In this document: positions 1-9,590 of the stretch, piece by piece
Layout of the letters: each line of letters begins with the position of its first letter
Numbering within the stretch: the first letter of the stretch is position 1
DNA from: Gammaproteobacteria bacterium
Lineage (GTDB): Bacteria > Pseudomonadota > Gammaproteobacteria > Eutrophobiales > Eutrophobiaceae
Length of the DNA stretch: 64,000 nt
Reading direction: 5' to 3'
Assembly: GCA_021773215.1 (NCBI GenBank)
Contig: JAJFKM010000012.1
Span: forward strand, 4,922-68,921
Notes under the pieces: generated by a model
What the model was told of the DNA's origin: nothing
The model's database searches: none
The model's input: the letters and a program-made list of their open reading frames with translations, nothing else
Made by a program: the position numbers and the translations under genes

Positions 1-2305
1 ACAGATTAAAGTCATTTACATACAGTGAACCCAGAAAGATCTGTAATGTTTCAAAAATATTTTCCACTGGCACGTTCAACATTTCTGCTCTAGTGCGATC
101 AATATCCAGATAATATTGGGGTGTACTGGAATCAGTTGTACTGAATACCTGTGTTAATTTCGGGTTTTGATTAGCCACTCCAGCAAGCTCCCAGGTTGCT
201 TTTTCAAGCGCGGGCAAGCCCACTCCACCGCGATCCTGTACTATCATTTTGAAACCACCACCACGCCCCATACCACGCACAGGTGGTGGATCGATGACAA
301 AAAATGTTGCACCCTGGATACTGCTTAATGCGCCATAGAGCTGACCTAGAATTGCACTGGCTGATTGATCTTTGCCCCGTTCTTCAAAGGGTTTCAATAA
401 AACAAACATGGCTGCAGAATTACTTGCCGTTGTAAACGTTGCTGCGGATAAACCAGCAATTGCAACAACATTAGTTATGCCCGGGTTTTCTTGTGCAATC
501 CGGGTTGCTTCCTGTACGACCTCGTTAGTTCTTTCCAAAGAAGCGCCCTTAGGCAGATCAATTACTGTAATCAAGTAACCTTGATCTTGTTGCGGTATAA
601 ACCCACCCGGCACTTTCTGAAACATGAGATAAGTACATGCAATCAAGATAAGAAAAATGCACATCATAATGACAGGGCGGCGCACCAGAACACAGATTAC
701 CTTTCCATACTTTTGTTTGCCGCTATCAAACATGTAATTAAAGGCGCGGAAAAACCAGTTAGTTTTATGGGTTTCAACCTGACCATTATTAATATGTTTT
801 GGAGCCCTTAATAATAATTTTCCAAGCGCAGGACTGAGCGTTAAGGAATTAAATGCTGAAATAACTGTGGCAACAGAAATGGTCAGTGCAAATTGTTTGA
901 AAAATGCACCCGGGATTCCACCGAGAAATGCAGTAGGAATGAACACTGCGACCAGTACCAGTGCCATAGAGATCAGGGCACTACCCACTTCTGTCATGGT
1001 AATTCTTGCCGCGTCTCTTGGTGACATACCTTTTTCCAGATTTCTCTGAATATCTTCGACGACAACAATCGCATCGTCCACAACAATACCAATCGCTAAC
1101 ACCAATCCAAATAAGGACAAATTATTTAACGAATAACCTACAGCCGACATGACAGCGAAGGTACCAATTAATGAAACCGGGATTGCTACAATTGGAATCA
1201 CTGCTGCACGCCAGGATTGTAAAAACACAATGATGACCAACACCACAAGAATAATCGCTTCAAAGATAGTCAGATAAACTTTATCTATCGACTGCTCGAT
1301 GAACTCTGTCGGGTTATAAACGATGCGGTATGCTATTCCAGGCGGGAAAGATTTCGATAATTTGTCCATCGTATTGATGATTTGATCGGCTGTTTCCAAG
1401 GCATTACTTCCTGGACGCTGAAAAATACCAATTGCGACGGCATTTTTACCATTAAGGTAACTATTTCTCACATAGTCACGACCACCAATTTCAATCCGTG
1501 CAACATCTTTTAAACGCGTCAGTCGGCCATCTTCACCGCGTTTTACGATGACATTTTCAAACTGATCGGCTTCAATAAAACGCCCTTGAGCAGTGATTGT
1601 GTATTGAAAGGCGTTGTCTGTTGCCATTGGTGGTTGCCCAAGTTTACCAGCAGCAACCTGTACATTCTGTGCTCGTAGCGATGCGACTACTTCCTGTGCT
1701 GATAATTGGAAGGCGGTCATCCTTTCCGGGTTTAACCATATGCGCATGCTGTATTCACGCGCACCAAACACAACAAGATCACCTACTCCCTCTATACGTG
1801 CGATTTCATCGCGCACCTGTAGTAAAGCGTAATTACTGATATACAGTTCATCCAGACTATTATCCGGCGATTCAAGATGCACCACCATCATTAAATCCGG
1901 TGAACTTTTCTGGGCAATGATACCGAGTCGTCTTACTTCTTCTGGTAATCTGGGTTCTGCCTTGGCAATACGATTTTGTACCAGCACCTGTGCCGTATCG
2001 AGATCAGTACCTTGCTTAAATGTTATGGTTAATGACATCGCACCATCACTGGTTGATTGCGATGTCATATAGAGCATGTTCTCTATACCATTAATTTCCT
2101 GCTCAATGGGTGTGGCAATCGTCTTTGCAATGACTTCCGGCGATGCACCCGGGTAACTGGCATTTACAACTATCGTTGGTGGCGCGATCTCTGGATATTG
2201 CGTGATAGGTAAGTCGCTATAGGATAAGGTTCCAACGATAACAATCAGTATAGAAATAACTGCAGCGAAGCGAGGTCTGTCGATAAAAAAATGACCGAAT
2301 TTCAT
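1..2305 (-). CDS. RND (HAE1 family) multidrug efflux permease, AcrB-like. It runs off the window edge at its 3' end, so only the N-terminal ~768 aa are present.
   Basis: The minus-strand frame is open from ATG at 2305-2303 to position 1 and was not listed because it has no stop in the window. The N-terminus MKFGHFFIDRPRFAAVISILIVIVGTLS matches AcrB MPNFFIDRPIFAWV. An internal LAIGIVVDDAIVVVE motif is present at ~1040-1090. It lies directly downstream of the adaptor gene. Confidence 0.85.
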   Translation of the reverse strand, partial: MKFGHFFIDRPRFAAVISILIVIVGTLSYSDLPITQYPEIAPPTIVVNASYPGASPEVIAKTIATPIEQEINGIENMLYMTSQSTSDGAMSLTITFKQGTDLDTAQVLVQNRIAKAEPRLPEEVRRLGIIAQKSSPDLMMVVHLESPDNSLDELYISNYALLQVRDEIARIEGVGDLVVFGAREYSMRIWLNPERMTAFQLSAQEVVASLRAQNVQVAAGKLGQPPMATDNAFQYTITAQGRFIEADQFENVIVKRGEDGRLTRLKDVARIEIGGRDYVRNSYLNGKNAVAIGIFQRPGSNALETADQIINTMDKLSKSFPPGIAYRIVYNPTEFIEQSIDKVYLTIFEAIILVVLVIIVFLQSWRAAVIPIVAIPVSLIGTFAVMSAVGYSLNNLSLFGLVLAIGIVVDDAIVVVEDIQRNLEKGMSPRDAARITMTEVGSALISMALVLVAVFIPTAFLGGIPGAFFKQFALTISVATVISAFNSLTLSPALGKLLLRAPKHINNGQVETHKTNWFFRAFNYMFDSGKQKYGKVICVLVRRPVIMMCIFLILIACTYLMFQKVPGGFIPQQDQGYLITVIDLPKGASLERTNEVVQEATRIAQENPGITNVVAIAGLSAATFTTASNSAAMFVLLKPFEERGKDQSASAILGQLYGALSSIQGATFFVIDPPPVRGMGRGGGFKMIVQDRGGVGLPALEKATWELAGVANQNPKLTQVFSTTDSSTPQYYLDIDRTRAEMLNVPVENIFETLQIFLGSLYVNDFNL

Positions 2306-2311
2306 TTTAAC

Positions 2312-3496
2312 TTATCCTTTTTGATCAACAGGTATTGTTATCGAACCTGCTTCGGGGGATACCTTCATTCCTGCTCTAACACGTTGAATTCCATTTATGA
2401 TAATCCTGTCTTCCTTATTTAGTCCGGAACGGATAACGCGTAAGCCATCTTGCGTGTTTCCAGGTTTAATTTGGCGACGCTCAACAGTATCGTTTTCATC
2501 CAGTACGTAAACAAAACGTATAGTCTGATCAACACTGATCGCAGAATCAGGAATGAGTAATGCTTCATAAGGACCTTCACCCAAAAGTTTTACATCCGCG
2601 AACATGCCGGGTATGAGGAGGTATTCCGGGTTTTCGACTATTGCTCGACCACGCATCGTCCCGGTGGCCAGATCAATTTGATTGTCAACAAAGTCCATTT
2701 TGCCTTTATGCAAATACTCTTCTTCATCGGCAAGACGCAGCAATACCGGATTAGGTGTCATGCGCGAACTTTTACGAGTACCGGCCATGTCCATGCGCGT
2801 GTAATGTAAGACACTTTGTTCATCCGCTGTGAAATAAACGTAAATAGGATCAAGAGAAACAATGGTGGTTAATAAACTGGAATCGAAATCACCACCCGTC
2901 ACCAGATTTCCTTTAGTTATACGGGTACGACTAATACGACCATTTATGGGTGATTTAATATGCGTAAACTCTACATTTAACCCTGCCGCTTTTATCGCTG
3001 CCTTTGTCGATTCTAATGCTGCAATTGCAACGCGTTTCTGACTTCCGCGTGAATCGAGTTCTTCTTCTGAAATTGCTCGCGATTTGTATAATTTTTCTGC
3101 TCTTGTCAGATCATTTTCAGCAAGTTCAAGCGCTGCTTTAGCACGGGTTAATTCAGCCTTGGCTTGATCCAGAATGGCTTGATAAGGGCGTGGGTCAATC
3201 ACATAGAGCAAATCGCCAGCCTTTACTAAACTCCCTTCTTCAAAATAGATAGATTGTAAGTAACCACTTACTCTTGGTCGTATTTCAACAGATTCAACCG
3301 CATAGAGCCTACCGGTAAATTCATCCCAATCGGTGACATCGTTAATCAGAGGCGTCGCCACTGTTACCTGTGGGGCTGGTTGTTCGGGAGGTGGCACTTG
3401 TGAGGAATCTTTTTCACAAGCCACAAGCATCATCAAGATAAACGTAAATAGGATACGTGCCTGATATATAGGATGACTTATAAATAATTTGTTCAT
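2312..3496 (-). CDS. RND efflux periplasmic adaptor (membrane fusion protein, AcrA-like lipoprotein)
   Basis: 394-aa ORF with a signal peptide and lipobox (LMMLVAC), coiled-coil hairpin region and beta-barrel domain typical of MFPs. It sits immediately upstream of the RND permease on the same strand. Confidence 0.85.
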   Translation of the reverse strand: MNKLFISHPIYQARILFTFILMMLVACEKDSSQVPPPEQPAPQVTVATPLINDVTDWDEFTGRLYAVESVEIRPRVSGYLQSIYFEEGSLVKAGDLLYVIDPRPYQAILDQAKAELTRAKAALELAENDLTRAEKLYKSRAISEEELDSRGSQKRVAIAALESTKAAIKAAGLNVEFTHIKSPINGRISRTRITKGNLVTGGDFDSSLLTTIVSLDPIYVYFTADEQSVLHYTRMDMAGTRKSSRMTPNPVLLRLADEEEYLHKGKMDFVDNQIDLATGTMRGRAIVENPEYLLIPGMFADVKLLGEGPYEALLIPDSAISVDQTIRFVYVLDENDTVERRQIKPGNTQDGLRVIRSGLNKEDRIIINGIQRVRAGMKVSPEAGSITIPVDQKG

Positions 3497-3549
3497 GCGA
3501 GTTTTAACCTTAAAGTCTAGACATTATAATGACACGACAACTATTGCTA

Positions 3550-3563
3550 ACTGACCAGTCAGT
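3550..3563. promoter_or_regulatory. Putative TetR operator: inverted repeat ACTGAC-CA-GTCAGT in the tetR/efflux divergent promoter region
   Basis: 6-bp arms that are exact reverse complements, located in the 135-bp gap between the divergent tetR and adaptor genes. GTCAGTCAGT extends to 3567. Confidence 0.25.
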
Positions 3564-3631
3564 CAGTATTATAAGTGCATCTTTAGCTTGCGCAACTACT
3601 ATTTCAATAATATGACCAAGGTATATTTAAT

Positions 3632-4246
3632 ATGAATGCAGAACCAGCATCGTGTCGACGTAAGGAAGGCCGACCCAAAGAAATTCTCACAGCAGCATTA
3701 CAAGAGTTTTCAATTAATGGATTTGCTGGCACCCGGCTGGAAGATGTTGCCACGCGCGCAGGAATCTGCAAAGGCACTATTTATTTGTATTTCAAATCAA
3801 AGGAAGAACTATTTGTTGAAGTAGTTAGAGACCGAATATTGCCTCATATTGAGCAACTGGAAAACATCAACGAACGTCCAGAAGGCACTGCCAAAGTCCT
3901 CCTGCGACAACAACTAACGACTATTTATCAAGAGTTACTTTCTACGGATGCACGGTTCATTCCCAAATTGATTATCAGTGAAGGTTCTCGCTTTCCAGAA
4001 CTCGCCCAATTTTATTTTGAAGAAATTATTACCCGTATTCACAAGGTGAGCCAAAGTATCATTGCACGTGGCGTAACGGCAGGTGAATTTAGAGAATCAG
4101 CATTGAACTGGGAGCAGCAAGCCATACTCGGTCCAGCATTATCAGCGGTAATCTGGATAACCGTATTTAATGAATTTGAAGCATTAGATCTGGATGCTTA
4201 CCTGAAAACACATATAGATTTATTGCTACATGGCTTAGAAAAATAA
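3632..4246 (+). CDS. TetR/AcrR family transcriptional repressor, divergent from the efflux operon
   Basis: N-terminal TetR HTH signature (GFAGTRLEDVATRAGICKGTIYLYFKSKEELF) on a 204-aa protein. The divergent arrangement with the MFP-RND operon is classic acrR/acrAB organisation. Confidence 0.85.
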   Translation: MNAEPASCRRKEGRPKEILTAALQEFSINGFAGTRLEDVATRAGICKGTIYLYFKSKEELFVEVVRDRILPHIEQLENINERPEGTAKVLLRQQLTTIYQELLSTDARFIPKLIISEGSRFPELAQFYFEEIITRIHKVSQSIIARGVTAGEFRESALNWEQQAILGPALSAVIWITVFNEFEALDLDAYLKTHIDLLLHGLEK

Positions 4247-4278
4247 GCTGCGGCGAATGTTTTTTATTGATCCGCAGT
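4247..4278 (+). terminator. Weak hairpin after tetR (GCTGCGG...CCGCAGT with a T-run in the loop)
   Basis: 6/7-bp stem directly after the tetR stop. It is not a canonical stem plus U-tract. Confidence 0.15.
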
Positions 4279-4321
4279 TACGCTTCGATAACACTAATGT
4301 AACCAAATTCTTCCTTAGCAA

Positions 4322-4756
4322 TTGAAAAACACAACTACAACTACAACAACACCTTGCTCATTAGTTCGTCGTCTTGCAGCATTATTCTACGATTGCTTAT
4401 TACTCACCACCGTTCTGTTTTTTGCCACCGCCATCTTAATGCCGTTCGTCGGCGGCGATGCGATTGAAAGCGGTAATCTTTCCTACAACGTCTTTCTATT
4501 ATTAATTAGCTACCTGTATTTCGCTTGGCATTGGGTAAAAGGCGGGCAAACATTAGGCATGCGTAGCTGGCATATTTTTGTCATTAACGATTCAATGCAA
4601 AAACCAAACTGGAAACAGGCATCGCTAAGATTCTTCTCTGCACTGCTGTCTTTATTATTGCTCGGGCTTGGTTTTCTCTGGTCTTTATTTGATAAAAACA
4701 AACTCGCTTTGCATGACCATCTTTCAAAAACCAGATTGATTGTAAGCAAGGATTAG
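4322..4756 (+). CDS. RDD family small membrane protein
   Basis: Three transmembrane segments plus the RDD-domain signature (WHWVKGGQTLGMR, ALHDHLSKTRLIV). The listed start is a TTG with an odd poly-Thr stretch, so the true start is probably downstream. Confidence 0.5.
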   Translation: MKNTTTTTTTPCSLVRRLAALFYDCLLLTTVLFFATAILMPFVGGDAIESGNLSYNVFLLLISYLYFAWHWVKGGQTLGMRSWHIFVINDSMQKPNWKQASLRFFSALLSLLLLGLGFLWSLFDKNKLALHDHLSKTRLIVSKD

Positions 4757-4766
4757 TTTAAATAAT

Positions 4767-5828
4767 TTAATAACTATTACTTAGCCTGTAATAGATATAA
4801 GAAAAAACCGCAATCGTAGGCAAACAAACACTTAGAAATGTCGGCACGCCGTAAACAATGCCAAGATGGCCGCTCACCTGATTTAATAAATGAAAAGTAA
4901 TACCGATTAGAGCACCAATAAAAACACGTTGGCCTAAACCCATTGGTCGCGCCTCACACCTGACAACACAGATTGACAACAATATCATCGCGATGATTGA
5001 AAATGGGCTGATCAATTTTGACCAGAAAGCTTGCACATATTGTTTGCTACTTTGATTATTGGCCTTGAGATAATCGATATAACTAATCAAGCCTATAATA
5101 GACAAATAACGTGGCTTGATGGTAACCATATTAATAACCTCTGGGCTTAATAATGCTTCCCACTCAGCGGTATCGTAATGATTGTTTGTTACTTGTTCCT
5201 CAGTAATTTCAGTTTTTAAAATATCATGCAGCACCCATTTATCTTGATCATATTCTGCGTGCTTTGCATAGATACTCGACCTCAGATGATGTTCTTTATC
5301 GAATTCATAAATGTAGATTTCCTCAACCCGGTCTCCAGGCAATATCTTTCTTATATTGATGTAATTATCGCCATCACGAGACCAAAACCCGTGCTTTGTT
5401 TTCATAGAAATTTGCTTGGTCAACGCGATTGAACGTTTCTGTTGCGCAGCCTGTTCTGTCACTGGCGCTATTACTTCTCCGATTAATATGCTGATAACAA
5501 CAAAGACCAGGCCCGTCTTGATTAATGAATAGGCCAACTGCGCTTGTGATACTCCTGACGTGCGTATAACCGCCAGTTCAGATGTGTTTGCTAGCATACC
5601 AAGTGCCGCCATACTGCCAATGACAATCGCTATCGGAAAAAGCTCATAACTCAACCGTGGGATGGTTAGCAGCACATATTGAATAGCATCTGCTACTCCG
5701 TAATTACCTCGGCCAGTATCATCGAGTTGATCTACCAAAGAGAAAAATGAAAATACGGCAACCAGTGCAAACAAAGCTAATATGCTGGTAACGAGAATGC
5801 TTCGCCCTATGTATCGATCAAGTATCAT
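4767..5828 (-). CDS. lptG: LPS export ABC permease LptG
   Basis: 353-aa YjgP/YjgQ family protein starting MILDRYIGRSIL. It sits immediately downstream of lptF and divergent from pepA, as in E. coli and Pseudomonas. Confidence 0.85.
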   Translation of the reverse strand: MILDRYIGRSILVTSILALFALVAVFSFFSLVDQLDDTGRGNYGVADAIQYVLLTIPRLSYELFPIAIVIGSMAALGMLANTSELAVIRTSGVSQAQLAYSLIKTGLVFVVISILIGEVIAPVTEQAAQQKRSIALTKQISMKTKHGFWSRDGDNYINIRKILPGDRVEEIYIYEFDKEHHLRSSIYAKHAEYDQDKWVLHDILKTEITEEQVTNNHYDTAEWEALLSPEVINMVTIKPRYLSIIGLISYIDYLKANNQSSKQYVQAFWSKLISPFSIIAMILLSICVVRCEARPMGLGQRVFIGALIGITFHLLNQVSGHLGIVYGVPTFLSVCLPTIAVFSYIYYRLSNSY

Positions 5829-5833
5829 TTATT

Positions 5834-6943
5834 TCACGGACCATCTGCTGGAATAAATTGATGTTCATCGCCATCTTTTTTCATGTATCTATATTTTGGC
5901 AAATAATAAAATGTCAGTAATACCGCTATTAATATTATGTGCACCCACCACAAGCCAATGAAACCAGGTAAAACATCTCGGCTCAGTAAGGTCTTTGCAA
6001 TACCGAGTAAATTGCTATAAATGAGATAGATTGAAATGCCAATTACAAATGGCATATATCGTCGTTCACTGGTATGAGATTGAATCAAAACTATTGCAAG
6101 TAGTGACAACAACAAACAAGACAAGATGAGTGAAATACGCCATTGAAACTCGGCTTGATGAACCTTATTGTCGGAACCCATTATTTCAGTCGTCAATAAC
6201 GCCCCGGTCTTCCCGCCAGCGGCGTTGCTCTCTGCACTCTCGGTAAGAATGGCGTATTTTTCATATTCAGTAATCTGATAATCGAGTAAGCCTGGTTCCG
6301 CTACATAGCGACGTCCATCACTGAAGACGATATATTTATTTCCTGATTTTTCATCCACTTTAAAACGAGCGCTATCAGAGGTTAGAACACCAAGGTTTGC
6401 CTGTTGTCTTACTTGCAGAAAGACCTCCTCCATTGAAACGTTATCGGGTGATGGTTTCTGAACGTAAACGACACGGTCACCTTTACTGAACTCCTTAAAC
6501 TGCCCGGCTTTAATCCCTGAAATATCAGATTCCTGTTTGGCTCGCTCTTTCAGATTATGTACACCCTGTTCTGCCCAAGGCGCAAAATAAAGAGTAATCA
6601 CAGACACAAACAAACAAAACACCATAGCAAATCGTAGCACCACGCCAATTTGAAATAGCTTACTTACACCAGACGCGGCCAGTATCACCAGCTCTCTATC
6701 ACTAGACATACGCGAAAAGGCGAGCAACATGCCAACAAGTATTGAAATCGGTAAAATCTTTGGCAACGTCGCTAACATCTTGTAAGCCAACATTAAGAAC
6801 ACCATATCTGCCGGCAGACTGCCTTCAGCCGCATCTGCAAGAAAACCAACGAACCGGTTACTCGCAATAACAAGGATAAGCAAACTGAGTATCCACAAAA
6901 ATTTTTGCATTAACTCCCTGTAGATATAATGCTGGATAATCAT
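5834..6943 (-). CDS. lptF: LPS export ABC permease LptF
   Basis: 369-aa YjgP/YjgQ family protein (MIIQHYIYREL...) with a large periplasmic domain between TM3 and TM4. Conserved divergent partner of pepA. Confidence 0.85.
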   Translation of the reverse strand: MIIQHYIYRELMQKFLWILSLLILVIASNRFVGFLADAAEGSLPADMVFLMLAYKMLATLPKILPISILVGMLLAFSRMSSDRELVILAASGVSKLFQIGVVLRFAMVFCLFVSVITLYFAPWAEQGVHNLKERAKQESDISGIKAGQFKEFSKGDRVVYVQKPSPDNVSMEEVFLQVRQQANLGVLTSDSARFKVDEKSGNKYIVFSDGRRYVAEPGLLDYQITEYEKYAILTESAESNAAGGKTGALLTTEIMGSDNKVHQAEFQWRISLILSCLLLSLLAIVLIQSHTSERRYMPFVIGISIYLIYSNLLGIAKTLLSRDVLPGFIGLWWVHIILIAVLLTFYYLPKYRYMKKDGDEHQFIPADGP

Positions 6944-7139
6944 AATTCTGGCCTCATACTAAGACTCGGCTTTGCTTAGTTGAAGATAAATGAATAAACT
7001 TGACTAAAATTACGGTTTTGACCATTTTTCACTGTTTTTAACAAAAAACGAAACGATTATGACACGCTTGTTGTCAAAGTGCAGAATAAATTAACCAAAC
7101 AATCATCTACACAAAGGTGTTAATAACCCTGGAGCTGGC

Positions 7140-8630
7140 ATGGATTTCAATATAAAAAGCGGTAACCCTGAGAAACAACGAACAGCTTGCGTAATTGTTG
7201 GTGTTTTTGAATCACGACGACTATCAACGGCAGCCAAAGCCATTGATGCGGTGAGTAAAAAATACCTGTCTAACCTGATTCGTCGTGGCGATATGGATGG
7301 CAACAAAGGGCAGTACTTATTACTACACAATGTTCCTGGCATGATTGCCGACCGTGTATTATTGATCGGTTGTGGTAAAGAAAGAGAAATCGATGATAGA
7401 AATTACTGCACAATTATAGCGAATAGTACTCAAGCATTAAATAATACAGGCTCTCTTGATGGTGTTAACTATCTCAGCGAATTGGCGATAAAAGGACGCG
7501 ACCATCACTGGAAGATCCGGCAAGCAGTTCAAGTTGCAGAATACAGCTTGTATCAATTCGATGAATTAAAAACAAAAAAGAAAGCGAACAGACGTCCATT
7601 ACGAAAAATTACATTTACCGTGCCAACGCGCCGTGAATTGCCACAAGGCGAAATCGCCATGCAAGAAGGTCTAGCTATTGCCAATGGTATTAAGTTCACC
7701 CGTGATCTTGCTAACAGACCTTCTAACGTATGCACACCAACCTATCTTGCACAACAAGCAACTGCTCTAGGCAAAGTACATCGTTCACTGACGGTAGAAA
7801 TATTAGAAGAAGCCGATATGAAAAAACTGGGTATGGGATCCTTGCTCTCTGTATCCCAAGGCTCTGCCAGACCCGCAAAATTAATTATCATGGAATATAA
7901 AGGCTCTAAAAAAGCGCAAAAACCGATTGTACTGGTTGGTAAAGCCGTTACCTTTGATACTGGCGGCATATCTCTTAAGCCCGGTGCAGCAATGGATGAA
8001 ATGAAATACGATATGTGTGGCGGCGCCAGTGTTTTTGGCACAATTTCCGCTGTAGCAGAACTTGGCTTACCGATAAATGTTGTCGGTGTGATTCCTGCTG
8101 TTGAAAACATGCCTAGTAGTACAGCAACCAATCCGGGCGATATCTTTACCAGTATGTCCGGGCAAACCATTGAAGTGCTCAATACTGATGCCGAAGGTCG
8201 ATTAATATTGTGCGATGCCATTACCTACAGTGAACGTTTTAACCCTGAAGTCGTTATCGATATTGCCACCCTAACGGGTGCAGTTGTAATCGCCCTTGGG
8301 AAACACGCAACAGGCTTATTAAGTAATCACAATCCCTTGGCAAGAGAGTTACTCAATGCCGGTGATGAATCTGGTGATCGTGCCTGGCAACTACCGCTAT
8401 GGGATGATTATCAACAACAATTGAATAGTCCCTTCGCGGATATGGCTAATATCGGCGGTCGCGATGCAGGTACTATCACAGCAGCTTGTTTCTTATCGCG
8501 CTTTGCAGAAAAATATCATTGGGCTCATTTGGATATTGCAGGCACGGCCTGGATTTCGGGAAATAATAAAGGCGCAACTGGACGGCCAGTTTCATTATTA
8601 ATGCAATATATTCTTAATCAAGCAAAGTAA
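7140..8630 (+). CDS. pepA: Leucyl aminopeptidase (M17) PepA
   Basis: N-terminus [24 protein letters not shown] closely matches E. coli PepA. The NTDAEGRL active-site motif is present and the length is 496 aa. Confidence 0.9.
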   Translation: MDFNIKSGNPEKQRTACVIVGVFESRRLSTAAKAIDAVSKKYLSNLIRRGDMDGNKGQYLLLHNVPGMIADRVLLIGCGKEREIDDRNYCTIIANSTQALNNTGSLDGVNYLSELAIKGRDHHWKIRQAVQVAEYSLYQFDELKTKKKANRRPLRKITFTVPTRRELPQGEIAMQEGLAIANGIKFTRDLANRPSNVCTPTYLAQQATALGKVHRSLTVEILEEADMKKLGMGSLLSVSQGSARPAKLIIMEYKGSKKAQKPIVLVGKAVTFDTGGISLKPGAAMDEMKYDMCGGASVFGTISAVAELGLPINVVGVIPAVENMPSSTATNPGDIFTSMSGQTIEVLNTDAEGRLILCDAITYSERFNPEVVIDIATLTGAVVIALGKHATGLLSNHNPLARELLNAGDESGDRAWQLPLWDDYQQQLNSPFADMANIGGRDAGTITAACFLSRFAEKYHWAHLDIAGTAWISGNNKGATGRPVSLLMQYILNQAK

Positions 8631-8649
8631 TCTCGGGATTGATTGACTA

Positions 8650-9090
8650 ATGTCGCGTGTTGATTTTTACATCTTGCCAGACGGTAACAGTGTAGACAGG
8701 TTCGCCTGCGCCATTACAAGCAAAGCCTGGACAAGTGGAAACCGGGTGCATATCCATACGCAATCTGAAGAAAATTCGACCAAGTTTGATGATTTACTTT
8801 GGGTTCATAAAGATATCAGTTTCATACCTCACGAAGTATTTGATGGGAATATCAAGGATGAAACTCCTGTTACGATTGGTCATGGCAACGATTACCCATG
8901 TCCATCACAAGTCATGGTTAATCTTAGTTCTGACATTCCTGATTTTGCATCCAGTTTCGATAGGGTAATTGAGATTGTCGGTGGTAATGAGTCTAATAAA
9001 CATTTAGCGCGTCAACGTTATCGCCAATATAAAGAAGCTGATTACGAAATACATGATCACAAGATTGAAGACTTGACTGAAAATGATTGA
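8650..9090 (+). CDS. holC: DNA polymerase III chi subunit
   Basis: 146-aa protein starting MSRVDFYILPDG, the chi family signature. It occupies the conserved pepA-holC-valS position. Confidence 0.8.
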   Translation: MSRVDFYILPDGNSVDRFACAITSKAWTSGNRVHIHTQSEENSTKFDDLLWVHKDISFIPHEVFDGNIKDETPVTIGHGNDYPCPSQVMVNLSSDIPDFASSFDRVIEIVGGNESNKHLARQRYRQYKEADYEIHDHKIEDLTEND

Positions 9091-9481
9091 TTCTTCGCAT
9101 ACCCCGCCTAAGCCATTATCTGATTCAGACCGAAATAATCTAGTTAATCGGATTGATGAGCTAGAACAACTACTAGCTAAAAAAAAGACAGAATCAAAAC
9201 AAGCAAAACTACCGCGTTTAAAAGTAGGTACAGATGGTATCCCTGTTTTAGTAGATCTCTTCAGCCAGGATGACCTGAACCAGGACCTGGAACAAACTTT
9301 TGAGCAAATTGATAAAGACGACCAGCTTATTAATGACATCATTGATAAAGTCGATAAGGAAATATCTGGGGATCTGGATGAATTAATTCTAATGCTCAAG
9401 GACAGCATCATTGATGAAGTCAAAACGCGATTACTCGAAGAATTTCATATCAAAAAAGACAACGCCGACAAAAAGGAATAA
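9083..9481 (+). CDS. Hypothetical acidic coiled-coil protein between holC and valS
   Basis: 132-aa ORF overlapping the holC stop by 8 nt. It is charged and coiled-coil-like, with no recognisable domain. Pseudomonas also carries a small hypothetical gene at the same position. Confidence 0.45.
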   Translation: MIDSSHTPPKPLSDSDRNNLVNRIDELEQLLAKKKTESKQAKLPRLKVGTDGIPVLVDLFSQDDLNQDLEQTFEQIDKDDQLINDIIDKVDKEISGDLDELILMLKDSIIDEVKTRLLEEFHIKKDNADKKE

Positions 9482-9590
9482 CAGGAAAATCCCTAATAAA
9501 GATTGCTCTAAACGGTCTTCATGTGGACAATACGCCTCCCAATGATAGGGCTTCTTATCATTTAGCCTAAAATAGAATTTGTTATTAAAG

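Noticed and set aside
372-1839. Small + strand ORFs (60-106 aa) at 372-1839
   Set aside because: They lie antisense within the long minus-strand RND permease reading frame, which has clear AcrB motifs, so they are spurious antisense ORFs.
4322-4350. Poly-Thr N-terminus (MKNTTTTTTTP) of the RDD protein encoded by ACAACT repeats
   Set aside because: It starts from a non-ATG codon, and the hydrophobic core of the protein begins later. This is more likely untranslated leader with a short simple-sequence repeat than real protein sequence.
7742-8221. 159-aa minus-strand ORF inside pepA, and similar antisense ORFs inside sufD (16565-17011), bamB (26029-26574), trpD (50432-50758) and valS
   Set aside because: Each is fully contained in a confidently identified conserved gene on the other strand, has a low-complexity composition and no recognisable motifs.
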